Part shown: one piece after another, positions 29,967 to 39,431 of the stretch
Numbering within the stretch: position 1 is the stretch's first letter
Layout of the letters: every line of letters begins with the position of its first letter
NCBI GenBank assembly: GCA_015163855.1
Contig: JAAOIK010000007.1
Coordinates: 28,824-92,823 of the forward strand
Length of the DNA: 64,000 nucleotides
From: Pseudobdellovibrionaceae bacterium
GTDB taxonomy: Bacteria > Bdellovibrionota > Bdellovibrionia > Bdellovibrionales > UBA1609
Direction: 5' to 3'
The notes under the pieces: generated by a model
Database searches by the model: none
What the model was told of the DNA's origin: nothing
Seen by the model: only the letters and a program-made list of their open reading frames with translations
Position numbers and translations under genes: made by a program

Positions 29967-32123
29967 CTATTTTCTTCCTAAAAAGTTATTTACCAATTTT
30001 TCAGGAACCGTGTTGTAATCTAAAAACTCCATCGAAAAAGAAGCTCTGCCTTGGCTTAAAGATCGAATTTGAGTAGCATATCCAAACAAATGATATAAAG
30101 GAACTTCTGCGGTTACAAAACTAAAATCCTCTTGCATTTCTGTGTTTTGAATTTTCCCTCTACGAGAATTTAAATCACCAATAATAGCTCCCATAAACTC
30201 TGCAGGACTACGAACTTCTAATTTAAAAATAGGCTCCATTAATACAGATTCATTATTTTTTAAAGCCTCTCTTAAAGCTAAGCTACTGGCCACTTTTACT
30301 GCCATTGCCGAGCTATCTTCTGTAATTTTTACTTCAATAACACGAACATTTACTCCTACTAAAGAATAACTAGCTAGTAAACCTGCCCCAGCAGCCTCTT
30401 TTAATCCATTTTCTAAATTTTCTAAAAATTCTGTAGAAAGATTTTTAGATACCGCTGATAAATCAATAAATAAAGGGCCGTTTTTTTTATTTACACTAAT
30501 TTCTAATTTTACTTTGGAATAATGTAGTTTTTCTGCAATTTCTTTTTCAAAAATAGCCTCCCCTGTGGAAGTTTTTGTAATACCTTCTCTAAAAGAAACT
30601 TGAGGAACTCCCGAGGTAACTTTAATTTTGTATTCTCTTAATAACCGATCTATTAAAATTTCTAAATGCAACTCCCCCATTCCATAAAGTAATAATTGAG
30701 AAGTTTCTGTATGGGTTTTAACTTGACAAGAAGGGTCTTCTTTTTGTAATTGCTCTAAGGCTTCTAGCATTTTTTTTTGATCTGCTGTGCTTTTTGCCTC
30801 AATGGCCACAGAAATTACAGGTAACGGAAGCATGATAGATTCCAAAACCACGGGCTTAGTTATTTCGCACAAAGTATCTCCTGTGCTACTAAATTTTAAA
30901 CCAATAACCGCCCCAATATCTCCCGCCTTTAATTCTTTTAACTCTTGCCGAGAATTAGAGTGCATTTTTACAATTTTATTAATTTTTTCTTTTTTTTGAG
31001 TACGAGGATTAAATACACTTTGCCCCTCTTTTAAACTTCCTGAATAAACACGAACATAAGTTAAGTATCCTGAAAAACTATCTTTAGCTAACTTAAATAC
31101 TAAAGCCACTGTGGGTGTTTTAAAATCGGTATGAACTAAAACTACTTCGGGCTTATCTTCTTTTTTTTGTAAACTGCGTAAAGAAAAAGATTGCGCTGGC
31201 GGTACATCTAAAGGGCTAGGCAAATAATCGATAATAGCATCTAATAAAGTTTGTATGCCTTTATTTTTAAAGGCAGAACCGCATAACACTGGAAAAATTT
31301 TTTGCTCACAAGTTAATTTGCGTATTAATGCCTTAATATCTTCTTCAGAAAAAACTCCTTCTGTTAAAAATTTTTCCATAAAATCTTCATCAAAATCCGA
31401 TAAGCTTTCTAATAGATTGTTGCGTGAGTCACTAACCTGTGATTCTAATTCCTTTAGTTCCAAATCCGACAACCCATAGTGTGTAGAAGAATCTCTTACT
31501 TCTTCTATGGAGTAAGCCTTATATTCTTTACCTAACTCCTCACTCTTCCAAAGTAGTATTTTTTCAGAAACCATATCATAAAAGCCTTTAAATTCGGACT
31601 CTTTACCAATGGGAATATGTAAAGCTAAAGCCTTTGCTTTTAATTTTTTTTCAATAGAGGCAATGCTAGATAAATAATTAGAACCCACCCTGTCCATTTT
31701 ATTAATAAAACAAATTCTTGGTACTTTGTAACGATTGGCTTGCCGCCAAACCGTTTCTGATTGTGCCTCTACCCCATTTACGCCATCAAATACTACCACT
31801 CCACCATCTAAAACTCTTAAAGACCTTTCTACCTCAATAGTAAAATCCACATGCCCTGGGGTATCAATGATATTAATCCATTTATTTTTCCAAAATAAAG
31901 AAGTGGCTGCAGAGGTAATAGTAATGCCTCGCTCTTGTTCTTGCTCCATCCAATCCATAATGGCGTTACCATCATGCACTTCTCCGATTTTATGGCTGCG
32001 ACCAGAATAATATAAAATTCTTTCGGTTATGGTGGTTTTTCCCGCGTCAATATGAGCCATTACGCCAATATTACGGAGCTGATTTACATCTTCTAGTTTT
32101 TTTAAAGTAAATAGAGCAGACAT
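29967..32123 (-). CDS. fusA: Elongation factor G family GTPase (stand-alone paralog)
   Basis: [17 protein letters not shown] and NKMD motifs; five-domain length. It is not adjacent to rpsL/rpsG/tuf. Confidence 0.85.
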   Translation of the reverse strand: MSALFTLKKLEDVNQLRNIGVMAHIDAGKTTITERILYYSGRSHKIGEVHDGNAIMDWMEQEQERGITITSAATSLFWKNKWINIIDTPGHVDFTIEVERSLRVLDGGVVVFDGVNGVEAQSETVWRQANRYKVPRICFINKMDRVGSNYLSSIASIEKKLKAKALALHIPIGKESEFKGFYDMVSEKILLWKSEELGKEYKAYSIEEVRDSSTHYGLSDLELKELESQVSDSRNNLLESLSDFDEDFMEKFLTEGVFSEEDIKALIRKLTCEQKIFPVLCGSAFKNKGIQTLLDAIIDYLPSPLDVPPAQSFSLRSLQKKEDKPEVVLVHTDFKTPTVALVFKLAKDSFSGYLTYVRVYSGSLKEGQSVFNPRTQKKEKINKIVKMHSNSRQELKELKAGDIGAVIGLKFSSTGDTLCEITKPVVLESIMLPLPVISVAIEAKSTADQKKMLEALEQLQKEDPSCQVKTHTETSQLLLYGMGELHLEILIDRLLREYKIKVTSGVPQVSFREGITKTSTGEAIFEKEIAEKLHYSKVKLEISVNKKNGPLFIDLSAVSKNLSTEFLENLENGLKEAAGAGLLASYSLVGVNVRVIEVKITEDSSAMAVKVASSLALREALKNNESVLMEPIFKLEVRSPAEFMGAIIGDLNSRRGKIQNTEMQEDFSFVTAEVPLYHLFGYATQIRSLSQGRASFSMEFLDYNTVPEKLVNNFLGRK

Positions 32124-32208
32124 AACAAAAACTTTATAGCAAAAGTTAAACCTTAATAATTTCTTTTTAATGTTTAAAGCTTAAAAGTTTTAAACATTTT
32201 TTATTTAG

Positions 32209-32254
32209 CAATAGTGTTCTATTTCATTTACCAATAGTGTTCTATTTCATTTAC
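32209..32254. repeat. Tandem duplication, 2 x 23 bp (caatagtgttctatttcatttac), followed by a partial third copy (caata)
   Basis: Exact copies at 32209-32231 and 32232-32254, in the gap between the fusA-like start and the upstream gene's stop. Confidence 0.9.
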
Positions 32255-32262
32255 CAATACTA

Positions 32263-32706
32263 CTAATAAGAGTCCAAAACACTTGGAAAATTTTTATTTG
32301 CTTTTTTAATAAACTCTTTTTTGTTTACTAACCATTTATCTTTAATTCTTTTATCGTAGTTTAAATATAATTTATTATTATAAATATGCCACTGCAAAGG
32401 GTCTCCTTTTGCAGTTTTATTTTTAGCAACAGCCCAAGCACAATAACCACCGTACTGAGGAGCATACTTTTTAGGATTTACTTTAAACTTTTTTAAATTG
32501 TTGGCATTAGAAAAATGCCAAACCACACCATTATATTTTGTTTGGTATTTTTTGTTTCCCTTAACTGGTTTATTTTTAGAAAAGTAAGATACCGTATCAT
32601 AGCCTCCAACAGCTACATTAGAAAAAAAACTAGTGTATATTTCTGCTTTTTTAGCAAAAGCATCAATAGAAAAAAATAATAAAATAGAAAAAAGCCAAAT
32701 TTTCAT
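32263..32706 (-). CDS. Secreted YHS-domain family protein
   Basis: Signal peptide, then the GGYDTVSYF...QYGGYCAWAV...KLYLN pattern typical of the periplasmic YHS-domain family. Confidence 0.65.
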   Translation of the reverse strand: MKIWLFSILLFFSIDAFAKKAEIYTSFFSNVAVGGYDTVSYFSKNKPVKGNKKYQTKYNGVVWHFSNANNLKKFKVNPKKYAPQYGGYCAWAVAKNKTAKGDPLQWHIYNNKLYLNYDKRIKDKWLVNKKEFIKKANKNFPSVLDSY

Positions 32707-32777
32707 TTTACCCCCTAGGGTCTGTTGTTAAACGATAGAATAAAAGTATTTTCTTGGGAATACAACCACAAAAATAG

Positions 32778-33695
32778 TTATTCGCTAGTGGCTTGATGCT
32801 TAAGGGCTAAATAAAGTACTTTCAAAGCCTCTTTATTAGGGTTGTCTACGCTATGATACATATACAGCTTAGTAGAATAATCTAAAGACTTCACTAAAAT
32901 ATGATTTAACCTTCTGGTTCTTACTTGCTTTTTAATAGAGTGCGAGGGCAAAAAACCCCAGCCCATATTGGACTCAATCACTTTTTTTAAAGTTCCCACA
33001 TTGTCAGAAGTAAAAACAGAATTTAACTGTAGTTGAGCAGATTTTAACTGTTTATTTAATTGAACTTTAAATTGAGGGTACAAATCAGAAAACACAACCA
33101 TGGGGCGACTAGATAGTTCTGCTACCTCTATGGCTCCTTTAGTCATTGATTCCTTTCCAGAACCCACTAACCAAATGTCATCTTCAATCAAAAATTGCGA
33201 TTGAAATTGGCTTAACTCAAAACCGGCTTCCGCTCTTAAATCAGGCAAAATACTAACATCTACATCACCATTTCTCATAGAGTTTACCACTTGGTTATAA
33301 GACCCATACATTAAATTAATTTTTAACTTTGGATTATTTCTTAACAAAAGACCAATGATAGGGCTTACCAAGTACAAACCCAAAGAGTTTATAGTAGCAA
33401 TGCGGAGGTCTCCCGACATATTACCACTAACGGTTTTCATAGCCGCTTTTGCCTGATGACTTAAATTTAAAATTTGTTTTGCATAATCAAATAATAATTG
33501 AGCCTGCACAGTAGGGCTAACCATCTTACTACCTCTTTCTAGCAGGCGGACACCCAATTGTTGTTCTAAACTCTTAATTTGTTGGCTAACTGCAGGTTGA
33601 GTTAAAGATAATTTATTGCCAGCAGCGGTCATGCTACCCTCTGTTAAGACGGTACAAAAAGTAACTAAATGCTGTAAGTTCAAAGGCCCATTCAT
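32778..33695 (-). CDS. LysR-family transcriptional regulator
   Basis: N-terminal wHTH (LSLTQPAVSQQIKSLEQQLGVRLLER) and a periplasmic-binding-like effector domain. Divergent from the S8 protease gene. Confidence 0.9.
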   Translation of the reverse strand: MNGPLNLQHLVTFCTVLTEGSMTAAGNKLSLTQPAVSQQIKSLEQQLGVRLLERGSKMVSPTVQAQLLFDYAKQILNLSHQAKAAMKTVSGNMSGDLRIATINSLGLYLVSPIIGLLLRNNPKLKINLMYGSYNQVVNSMRNGDVDVSILPDLRAEAGFELSQFQSQFLIEDDIWLVGSGKESMTKGAIEVAELSSRPMVVFSDLYPQFKVQLNKQLKSAQLQLNSVFTSDNVGTLKKVIESNMGWGFLPSHSIKKQVRTRRLNHILVKSLDYSTKLYMYHSVDNPNKEALKVLYLALKHQATSE

Positions 33696-33716
33696 CTCTT
33701 TGAGTATAAACTTTTT

Positions 33717-33744
33717 TTATAAAAAAGCAAAACTTTCTTTATAA
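33717..33744. promoter_or_regulatory. Candidate LysR-type operator dyad TTATAAA-N14-TTTATAA in the divergent lysR/S8 intergenic region
   Basis: Inverted heptamers at 33717-33723 and 33738-33744. LysR regulators typically bind AT-rich dyads (T-N11-A cores) in their divergent promoter regions. Confidence 0.3.
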
Positions 33745-33855
33745 AGAGGAGTCCTACTGTTTGTAAATTCATTTTGACTACCTATTTACTATGTAAAAAA
33801 TATAAAAAAACAGTATTCCCTTTATCTCTATATAATTTTTAGCTAACTATAGGTA

Positions 33856-35352
33856 ATGAAAGCTATTTTTTTATTTCTTTGTATATATATCGGTGGGTTT
33901 ATTAACAACACTTATGCAAACACAATAAACGACTATCCTTTTTACTTACAAAATACATTACAAACCTTAGGTTGCCATAACCTAAAAGGTAAGCACCTAC
34001 ATGTTCAAAATTTTTATAAACATAATTATGAGGCAGAAAACCTAGGCAACATAGATTATGTGTTAAATAAAAGTGCTTTTGAAAGCAATCCTTTCCACTC
34101 AAAGATTTTACAAAAAGGTGCTGCTTTAAATTATCAATTTTTTACACCCTTTAATAAAAAAGAATCCTTCCAAAATTCCTATAACTGGGTGTTGTTTTAC
34201 AATTTACAATTACCTAAATATTCTATTGTAGAACAAGATGTTACTAGTATAAATCTTTACCCAAAAGAATTGGGAGAACATCGCTTGTTTTTTATTCAAA
34301 AAAATACAGAAACAAATTGCTCAATTTCTAAGGTCAGCTCATTTTATGTTACAGATAATCCCGATTATGCTGTCACTACAGAAAAAAAATTTCAAAAAGC
34401 TTTTACCTGTTATCAAACACTACCTTTACAGAAAAAAAAACCTTACTGCGATACACTCCCCTCGCTAAAAGAACTTTATCATTTACAACAAATTGATGCG
34501 CCAAAGGCTTGGACAATTAGCACCGGTAAGGGCATTAAAGTGGCCCTTATTGATACCGGAGTAAACTACTTACACCCCTATCTCAAAGAACAAATTATTA
34601 CCTCTAAAGATAATTCTTTTAAAGGGCCTTATGACTTTGAGTTTGCAGACTCTTTTGCTTTTGACGAACAAGGGCATGGTAGCCAAATGGCGGGCTTTAT
34701 CTCCTCTGCTTTTGGAGTAGCTCCAGAAGCAAAAGTACTAACTATAAAAATTAACCCAAAAAATACCGAGCACATTATTAACGCACTAAAAATTAGTTTA
34801 AAAAATCGCGTTCATATTATAAATTTATCTTTAGTCTTTGCTAAACAAGAAGTAAACATAACAAAGGCTTTAAGAAAAGAATTAATACAAGTTTTGGATC
34901 AATTGCTAGAGCAAGATATTTTAGTAGTGCAGGCTGCAGGCAATCACAGCCAAGATTTAGATAACCCAGAGTATCAACATTTCTTTTCTCAATTTAACTA
35001 TCCCAATTGGGTAAAGGTTGCAGCCTATAATGAAAATTTTAAACGCGCCAGTTACTCTAACTATTCTAATCACAAAGTGGATGTAATGGCTCCGGGAGGA
35101 AGTGTTAATAAGCCTCTTCTTTCTACCTTTATGGGTAATAACCAAAAAATTTTATTAGCCAGTAATAACGGAACCTCACAAGCGGCTGCAATTACCAGTG
35201 GCATCGCGGCCTTAATTAGAAGTCATAAGCCAAACCTAAGTGCATTAGAGGTAAAAAATATTTTACTTAACTCTGGTACTTTTTCAAAAAATTTGTCTTT
35301 AGAAGTAAAATCTAGCCGTACATTAAATGCATGGAATGCTTTAACGCAGTAA
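33856..35352 (+). CDS. Secreted subtilisin-like serine protease (peptidase S8)
   Basis: Signal peptide. Catalytic triad contexts ALIDTGV (Asp), HGSQMAG (His) and NGTSQAAAITSG (Ser). About 200-aa N-terminal pro/extension region. Confidence 0.85.
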   Translation: MKAIFLFLCIYIGGFINNTYANTINDYPFYLQNTLQTLGCHNLKGKHLHVQNFYKHNYEAENLGNIDYVLNKSAFESNPFHSKILQKGAALNYQFFTPFNKKESFQNSYNWVLFYNLQLPKYSIVEQDVTSINLYPKELGEHRLFFIQKNTETNCSISKVSSFYVTDNPDYAVTTEKKFQKAFTCYQTLPLQKKKPYCDTLPSLKELYHLQQIDAPKAWTISTGKGIKVALIDTGVNYLHPYLKEQIITSKDNSFKGPYDFEFADSFAFDEQGHGSQMAGFISSAFGVAPEAKVLTIKINPKNTEHIINALKISLKNRVHIINLSLVFAKQEVNITKALRKELIQVLDQLLEQDILVVQAAGNHSQDLDNPEYQHFFSQFNYPNWVKVAAYNENFKRASYSNYSNHKVDVMAPGGSVNKPLLSTFMGNNQKILLASNNGTSQAAAITSGIAALIRSHKPNLSALEVKNILLNSGTFSKNLSLEVKSSRTLNAWNALTQ

Positions 35353-35353
35353 T

Positions 35354-36052
35354 TTAAAACTTACGCTTTTTGTACCAAACTAAAATAGCTGCACATAATA
35401 AAAATAATAACCCTATTATTTTACCTTTAGTATTTTTCTTTTTTTGCAATACAGGCTCATTAGGGATATTAATGTTATTGGATAATAGTTCTGCTACAGG
35501 AGCCCCTAAGCTTTCATTAACCCCTCTAAGCTCGCCAGGCCTAAATTTACTGCTTCCTTGATTTACTAACCGTAAACTTTGAATGGATTTAATAAATCCA
35601 TTACTATATTTAGTGTAAAAATTTTTGTGTGAACTAAAAGTTACTAAAATGGCAATGTTTCCATGAGTGGTAGCTAAATACCTCGTCCAAAAATTTAAAG
35701 ACTCACTACCTTGGTGCAAGGAGTCTATCCATAAATGATGATTAATTTTTCGCTGCGAAACATTTAAAATTTTAGACACCTTAGGGCCAGAAGTCGTTTT
35801 TATAGTTACTGGCTTTCCTAAATAAGTTTCATACAAACTTAAAGAATCTGTAGGCCCCTTCTCTTTTGCAGTTAAAATAATAATAGCTGTATTAACCCCT
35901 CTACTTTTAGAAGAATTAGTACAAACCCAAGATGTGTTTTCTAACTTACAACTCCACTTTTTACTCAATTCAAAACTGACATAAGAATTGCGAAAAATTT
36001 TTGCCTGCGCAGTAAAAGAAAATAATAAAATGACAACTATTATTTTATACAT
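35354..36052 (-). CDS. Hypothetical exported protein with C-terminal hydrophobic helix and basic tail
   Basis: N-terminal signal peptide (LLFSFTAQA). C-terminus ...KGKIIGLLFLLCAAILVWYKKRKF. Confidence 0.5.
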   Translation of the reverse strand: MYKIIVVILLFSFTAQAKIFRNSYVSFELSKKWSCKLENTSWVCTNSSKSRGVNTAIIILTAKEKGPTDSLSLYETYLGKPVTIKTTSGPKVSKILNVSQRKINHHLWIDSLHQGSESLNFWTRYLATTHGNIAILVTFSSHKNFYTKYSNGFIKSIQSLRLVNQGSSKFRPGELRGVNESLGAPVAELLSNNINIPNEPVLQKKKNTKGKIIGLLFLLCAAILVWYKKRKF

Positions 36053-36060
36053 AAATGTTC

Positions 36061-36090
36061 CTCGTTAGTACTCATTAGTACTCGTTAGTA
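36061..36090. repeat. Tandem 3 x 10 bp (ctcRttagta) spanning the stop codon of the M16 gene
   Basis: The sequence ctcgttagta ctcattagta ctcgttagta read directly. Confidence 0.85.
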
Positions 36091-37605
36091 AGAAATGCCT
36101 TTATAATCTATTATCTTCATGCCTTTATGGGAAGGAAAATTTTTAGAAAAAGAATTTATCTGTTCTGTTATTGTAAACTCACTTTTATTTTTAGGATTAG
36201 CTTCTCCCCCTTTAGAATCTTTATTAGCTAAAACAAAAATTTTCATGCTATTTGGGTTAAAGTATTTTTTAATAACTTTATTTACTTCTGCTAAACTTAC
36301 TGACCGAACTCTGTTGGCAAAAGTTTCAAAATGCTCTACAGGGTTTTTACCAATACCAGATAAACTTAAATAAGATTCCATTAAATTTTCTTTTTTTTCT
36401 AAAGAACTAAATAAACTATTACTATAATACAATTTTGCAAAATCTAACTCTGCCTGACTAACTCCGTTATTATAAAAATTAGTGATTTCTTCAAAGGTAA
36501 CGTTTAATAATTTTCCCAAACTTCCTTGGTTAGTACTAGAAACTATCTGAAAAGTTCCTAGCTCTTTTAAAAAAGAAAAATAAGAATAGATGCCATAAGT
36601 AAGCCCTTCTTTTTTTCTTACTCTATCCATTAATCTAGAATTAAAGCCCCCTGCACCTAAACTAAAATTGGCTAATCTTACCGCCAAACTATCTGGGTGC
36701 CCCGAAAATAAATTTACGGGCATACCAATAATAACATTGGCCTGCGTAGAGTCGCCCTTATTAACTAAAGTTACAGGCGAGCTAAAAGTGTTTTGGTTTT
36801 CTGTTAACACAGACCGAGGAACACCTTTAGTCTTCCAAGTAGAAAACTTTTTAATCACTGCTTGTTTTAATTCTTCGCTATACTGCCCTAAAACTAATAA
36901 GCTAGCTGATGCAGGTTGATAATGTTTGTGATAAAACTCTTTTAAGTGCGTACTTGTTAAAGATTTAATACTTTGTCTAGACTCGCTTTTGTACACAGCC
37001 CCTTTATAAGAAAAGTCTTCAAATACAGTTTGCAAAAAATTGTTTGGAACATTAGGTAATCGCTCTAATTCTGCTAAAAAAATTTTTTTTTCTTTTTGCC
37101 ATTCTGAATCTAAAAAAATAGAGTCACTTAGTAAGTTCCAGTATAAGCGCATTAATTCTATACCATTTTTTGCAAGCCCGGAGGATTGAACCCAAGAAAA
37201 TTCTTGGTCTGCATTCGCTAAAAAAGATGCGCCCAATTTATCTAAATTATTTAAAATGGCTTCTCGGCTTAAGGAGGTAGTTCCTTTGTCTAATAAGCCT
37301 GCAACGGCTTCGCTAGTACCCGCTATGGAGTCAAATCGTTTTCCGGCATTTAACCGCAAGTTAAAGTGAATATAGGGTAAGTCATCTTTCATAAAAATAA
37401 CTTGTAGTTGATTATCTAAAGTTACCACTTCGTGAGGAGGTAATTTATAATTTATTTTGCTAGATTTTTGTTTAATCTCGGTAATAATTTTTTCTAGCAA
37501 CATAGAAGAGCCTTTGGATTTATTTTGTACTAAGCTTGTTTTGTTCGAACAAGAAGAAAAATATAAAGCCAAGCTTAATATTAGTATTTTTTTTAGCATA
37601 ATCAA
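36085..37605 (-). CDS. Peptidase M16 family lipoprotein, probably the non-catalytic subunit
   Basis: Lipobox (LYFSSC). M16 two-domain length and conserved C-terminal features, but no HxxEH zinc motif. Adjacent to an HxxEH-bearing M16 paralog. Confidence 0.7.
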   Translation of the reverse strand: MIMLKKILILSLALYFSSCSNKTSLVQNKSKGSSMLLEKIITEIKQKSSKINYKLPPHEVVTLDNQLQVIFMKDDLPYIHFNLRLNAGKRFDSIAGTSEAVAGLLDKGTTSLSREAILNNLDKLGASFLANADQEFSWVQSSGLAKNGIELMRLYWNLLSDSIFLDSEWQKEKKIFLAELERLPNVPNNFLQTVFEDFSYKGAVYKSESRQSIKSLTSTHLKEFYHKHYQPASASLLVLGQYSEELKQAVIKKFSTWKTKGVPRSVLTENQNTFSSPVTLVNKGDSTQANVIIGMPVNLFSGHPDSLAVRLANFSLGAGGFNSRLMDRVRKKEGLTYGIYSYFSFLKELGTFQIVSSTNQGSLGKLLNVTFEEITNFYNNGVSQAELDFAKLYYSNSLFSSLEKKENLMESYLSLSGIGKNPVEHFETFANRVRSVSLAEVNKVIKKYFNPNSMKIFVLANKDSKGGEANPKNKSEFTITEQINSFSKNFPSHKGMKIIDYKGISY

Positions 37606-37639
37606 ACCTTTTCTTATTATTTAGTTAACCCTACTGTAT

Positions 37640-39235
37640 TTAAAGCTGCCCGTCTTTATGATTTGCTACTCGCTCATCACTGGTTAAGGCTTGCACTAAA
37701 ACTCTTTTACTTAATTGTAAATATTTTTTTGCAACTTTTTGAATATCTTTTACCGTTACTAAATTGTATTTATCTAATTGTGTAAAAAAATGTTGATAAT
37801 TGCCTTCAAGCACTTCGGCAGTAATCAGACCCATTGTTTTATTGTGTACGGTTTTTAACCCCTCCACTTCTTCCATCTGTAGTCGGTTTTTAGAAATGGT
37901 TAATTCTTCCTCAGAAACACCATTAACTTGCAAATTTTTAATTTCTTTTTCAATAATACTCAAAACTTCTTTAACAGAAGATTTTGGCAAAATATTAGCT
38001 CCAAAATATAAAATACCCGCTTTATCTAAGGGGTAATTTCCAGCATAAATGCTACTAACTAAATTTTTTTGAACATCTATGGTTTTATCTAATCTAGCCG
38101 CAGGACCGCCAGATAAAATACTCATTAAAAGATCTAATGCAGGCTTGTCATTATGACTTATAAAAACCCCTGGGTAACTCATAACAAACTGTGACTGTAA
38201 AACGGTTTTTAATTTATATTTATTATTGTTTAATTGCTTTTCTTTTTGAATATCTTTAAAAAAGATATTTGTGTTTTTTACCAATTGTGGCTCTACAAAA
38301 GAAGGACTATTAATTTTATTTTTTGGTATATGCCCATAATATTGTTTAATCCATTTTTTTGCCTGTGCAGAGTTAAAATCTCCGCCGATAGCAACAACAA
38401 TGTTGTTAGGGCTATAGTATTTTGTATAAAATGCTTGAAAATCCTCCACGGTGGATTTGTTAATATCCTTCATGCTGCCAATAATAGAGTGACCATAGCC
38501 TGAACCTTTGTACACAACCTTTAACAAAGATTGAAACATTAAGGCTCCAATACTACTTTCTCCTCGAAGCTTTTCATCAGTAACCGCACCTCTTTCGCTA
38601 TTAATTAAAGCTTCTGCTTGAGCTCTTTTAGCAGGGTCAAACAATATCAACTTTTCCATTCTTTCTGCTTCAAAACGAACAGCCCATTCTAGTTGCGCAC
38701 TAGATAAATCCATATAATAAACGGTAGAATCATAATTGGTAAATGCATTATTTCTTCCGCCTAATATAGATGTGGTAATTTCTAACTCTTCGGAGCTAAT
38801 ATTTTTTGTGCCTTTAAATAACAGGTGTTCAAAAAAATGCGCATAACCCGTTTGTCCCTTAGGCTCATAACGAGAGCCCACCTTTACCCACTGTATATAA
38901 GTTAATAAAGTGGGGGTTGTGTGATCTTCATACAGCAATACTGTTAGCCCGTTGTCTAACACTAATTTTTCTACATTTAAATTCAATATAGCTCCTGCTG
39001 ACGATAGTTTTCTATTTTGTACTGTTTTCTTTGTTAAATTAGTTATTGCTTTTTTTTTGTAAGAAGTGTGTAAAAAGGCAGTGTTGTTTACACCAATAGT
39101 TGCTACATTAAAAGTACGGTTTATCCAATAGCTTGCGCCAACTACTCCTGTGAATAAAAAAATAAAAGTAAATATGTATTTTTTTTTGTTACTTTTTTTT
39201 TTATTTTTTGCTACTAATCGATTATAATTTTGCAT
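37640..39235 (-). CDS. Peptidase M16 family zinc protease (pitrilysin-like), N-terminally membrane-anchored
   Basis: Inverted zinc motif HFFEHLLFKGT (HxxEH). N-terminal K-rich segment plus a TM helix. Confidence 0.85.
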   Translation of the reverse strand: MQNYNRLVAKNKKKSNKKKYIFTFIFLFTGVVGASYWINRTFNVATIGVNNTAFLHTSYKKKAITNLTKKTVQNRKLSSAGAILNLNVEKLVLDNGLTVLLYEDHTTPTLLTYIQWVKVGSRYEPKGQTGYAHFFEHLLFKGTKNISSEELEITTSILGGRNNAFTNYDSTVYYMDLSSAQLEWAVRFEAERMEKLILFDPAKRAQAEALINSERGAVTDEKLRGESSIGALMFQSLLKVVYKGSGYGHSIIGSMKDINKSTVEDFQAFYTKYYSPNNIVVAIGGDFNSAQAKKWIKQYYGHIPKNKINSPSFVEPQLVKNTNIFFKDIQKEKQLNNNKYKLKTVLQSQFVMSYPGVFISHNDKPALDLLMSILSGGPAARLDKTIDVQKNLVSSIYAGNYPLDKAGILYFGANILPKSSVKEVLSIIEKEIKNLQVNGVSEEELTISKNRLQMEEVEGLKTVHNKTMGLITAEVLEGNYQHFFTQLDKYNLVTVKDIQKVAKKYLQLSKRVLVQALTSDERVANHKDGQL

Positions 39236-39289
39236 AAATCTTTACTCTCTTTTACCAATAAGTTTTTAAACTATCAATAATTTTAAAGC

Positions 39290-39365
39290 TTGACTAGATT
39301 AAATAGGGGAATTTTATTCTTTACTAGACTATAATTATAGTGCACTAGACTATGGACTATAGGTA
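39290..39365. promoter_or_regulatory. Cluster of CTAG-core repeats and palindromes upstream of exbB (candidate operator/promoter region)
   Basis: ACTAGACT at 39323-39330 and 39344-39351; TGACTAG at 39291-39297. There is a 12-bp perfect palindrome CTATAATTATAG (39329-39340) and a dyad TATAGT-N14-ACTATA (39336-39361). Confidence 0.35.
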
Positions 39366-39431
39366 AAAAAAGAACCTTATGTTTTTGTTAAAAACTCTAT
39401 AAAGTGAAAGAAATATTATCTGGAGATAGTC

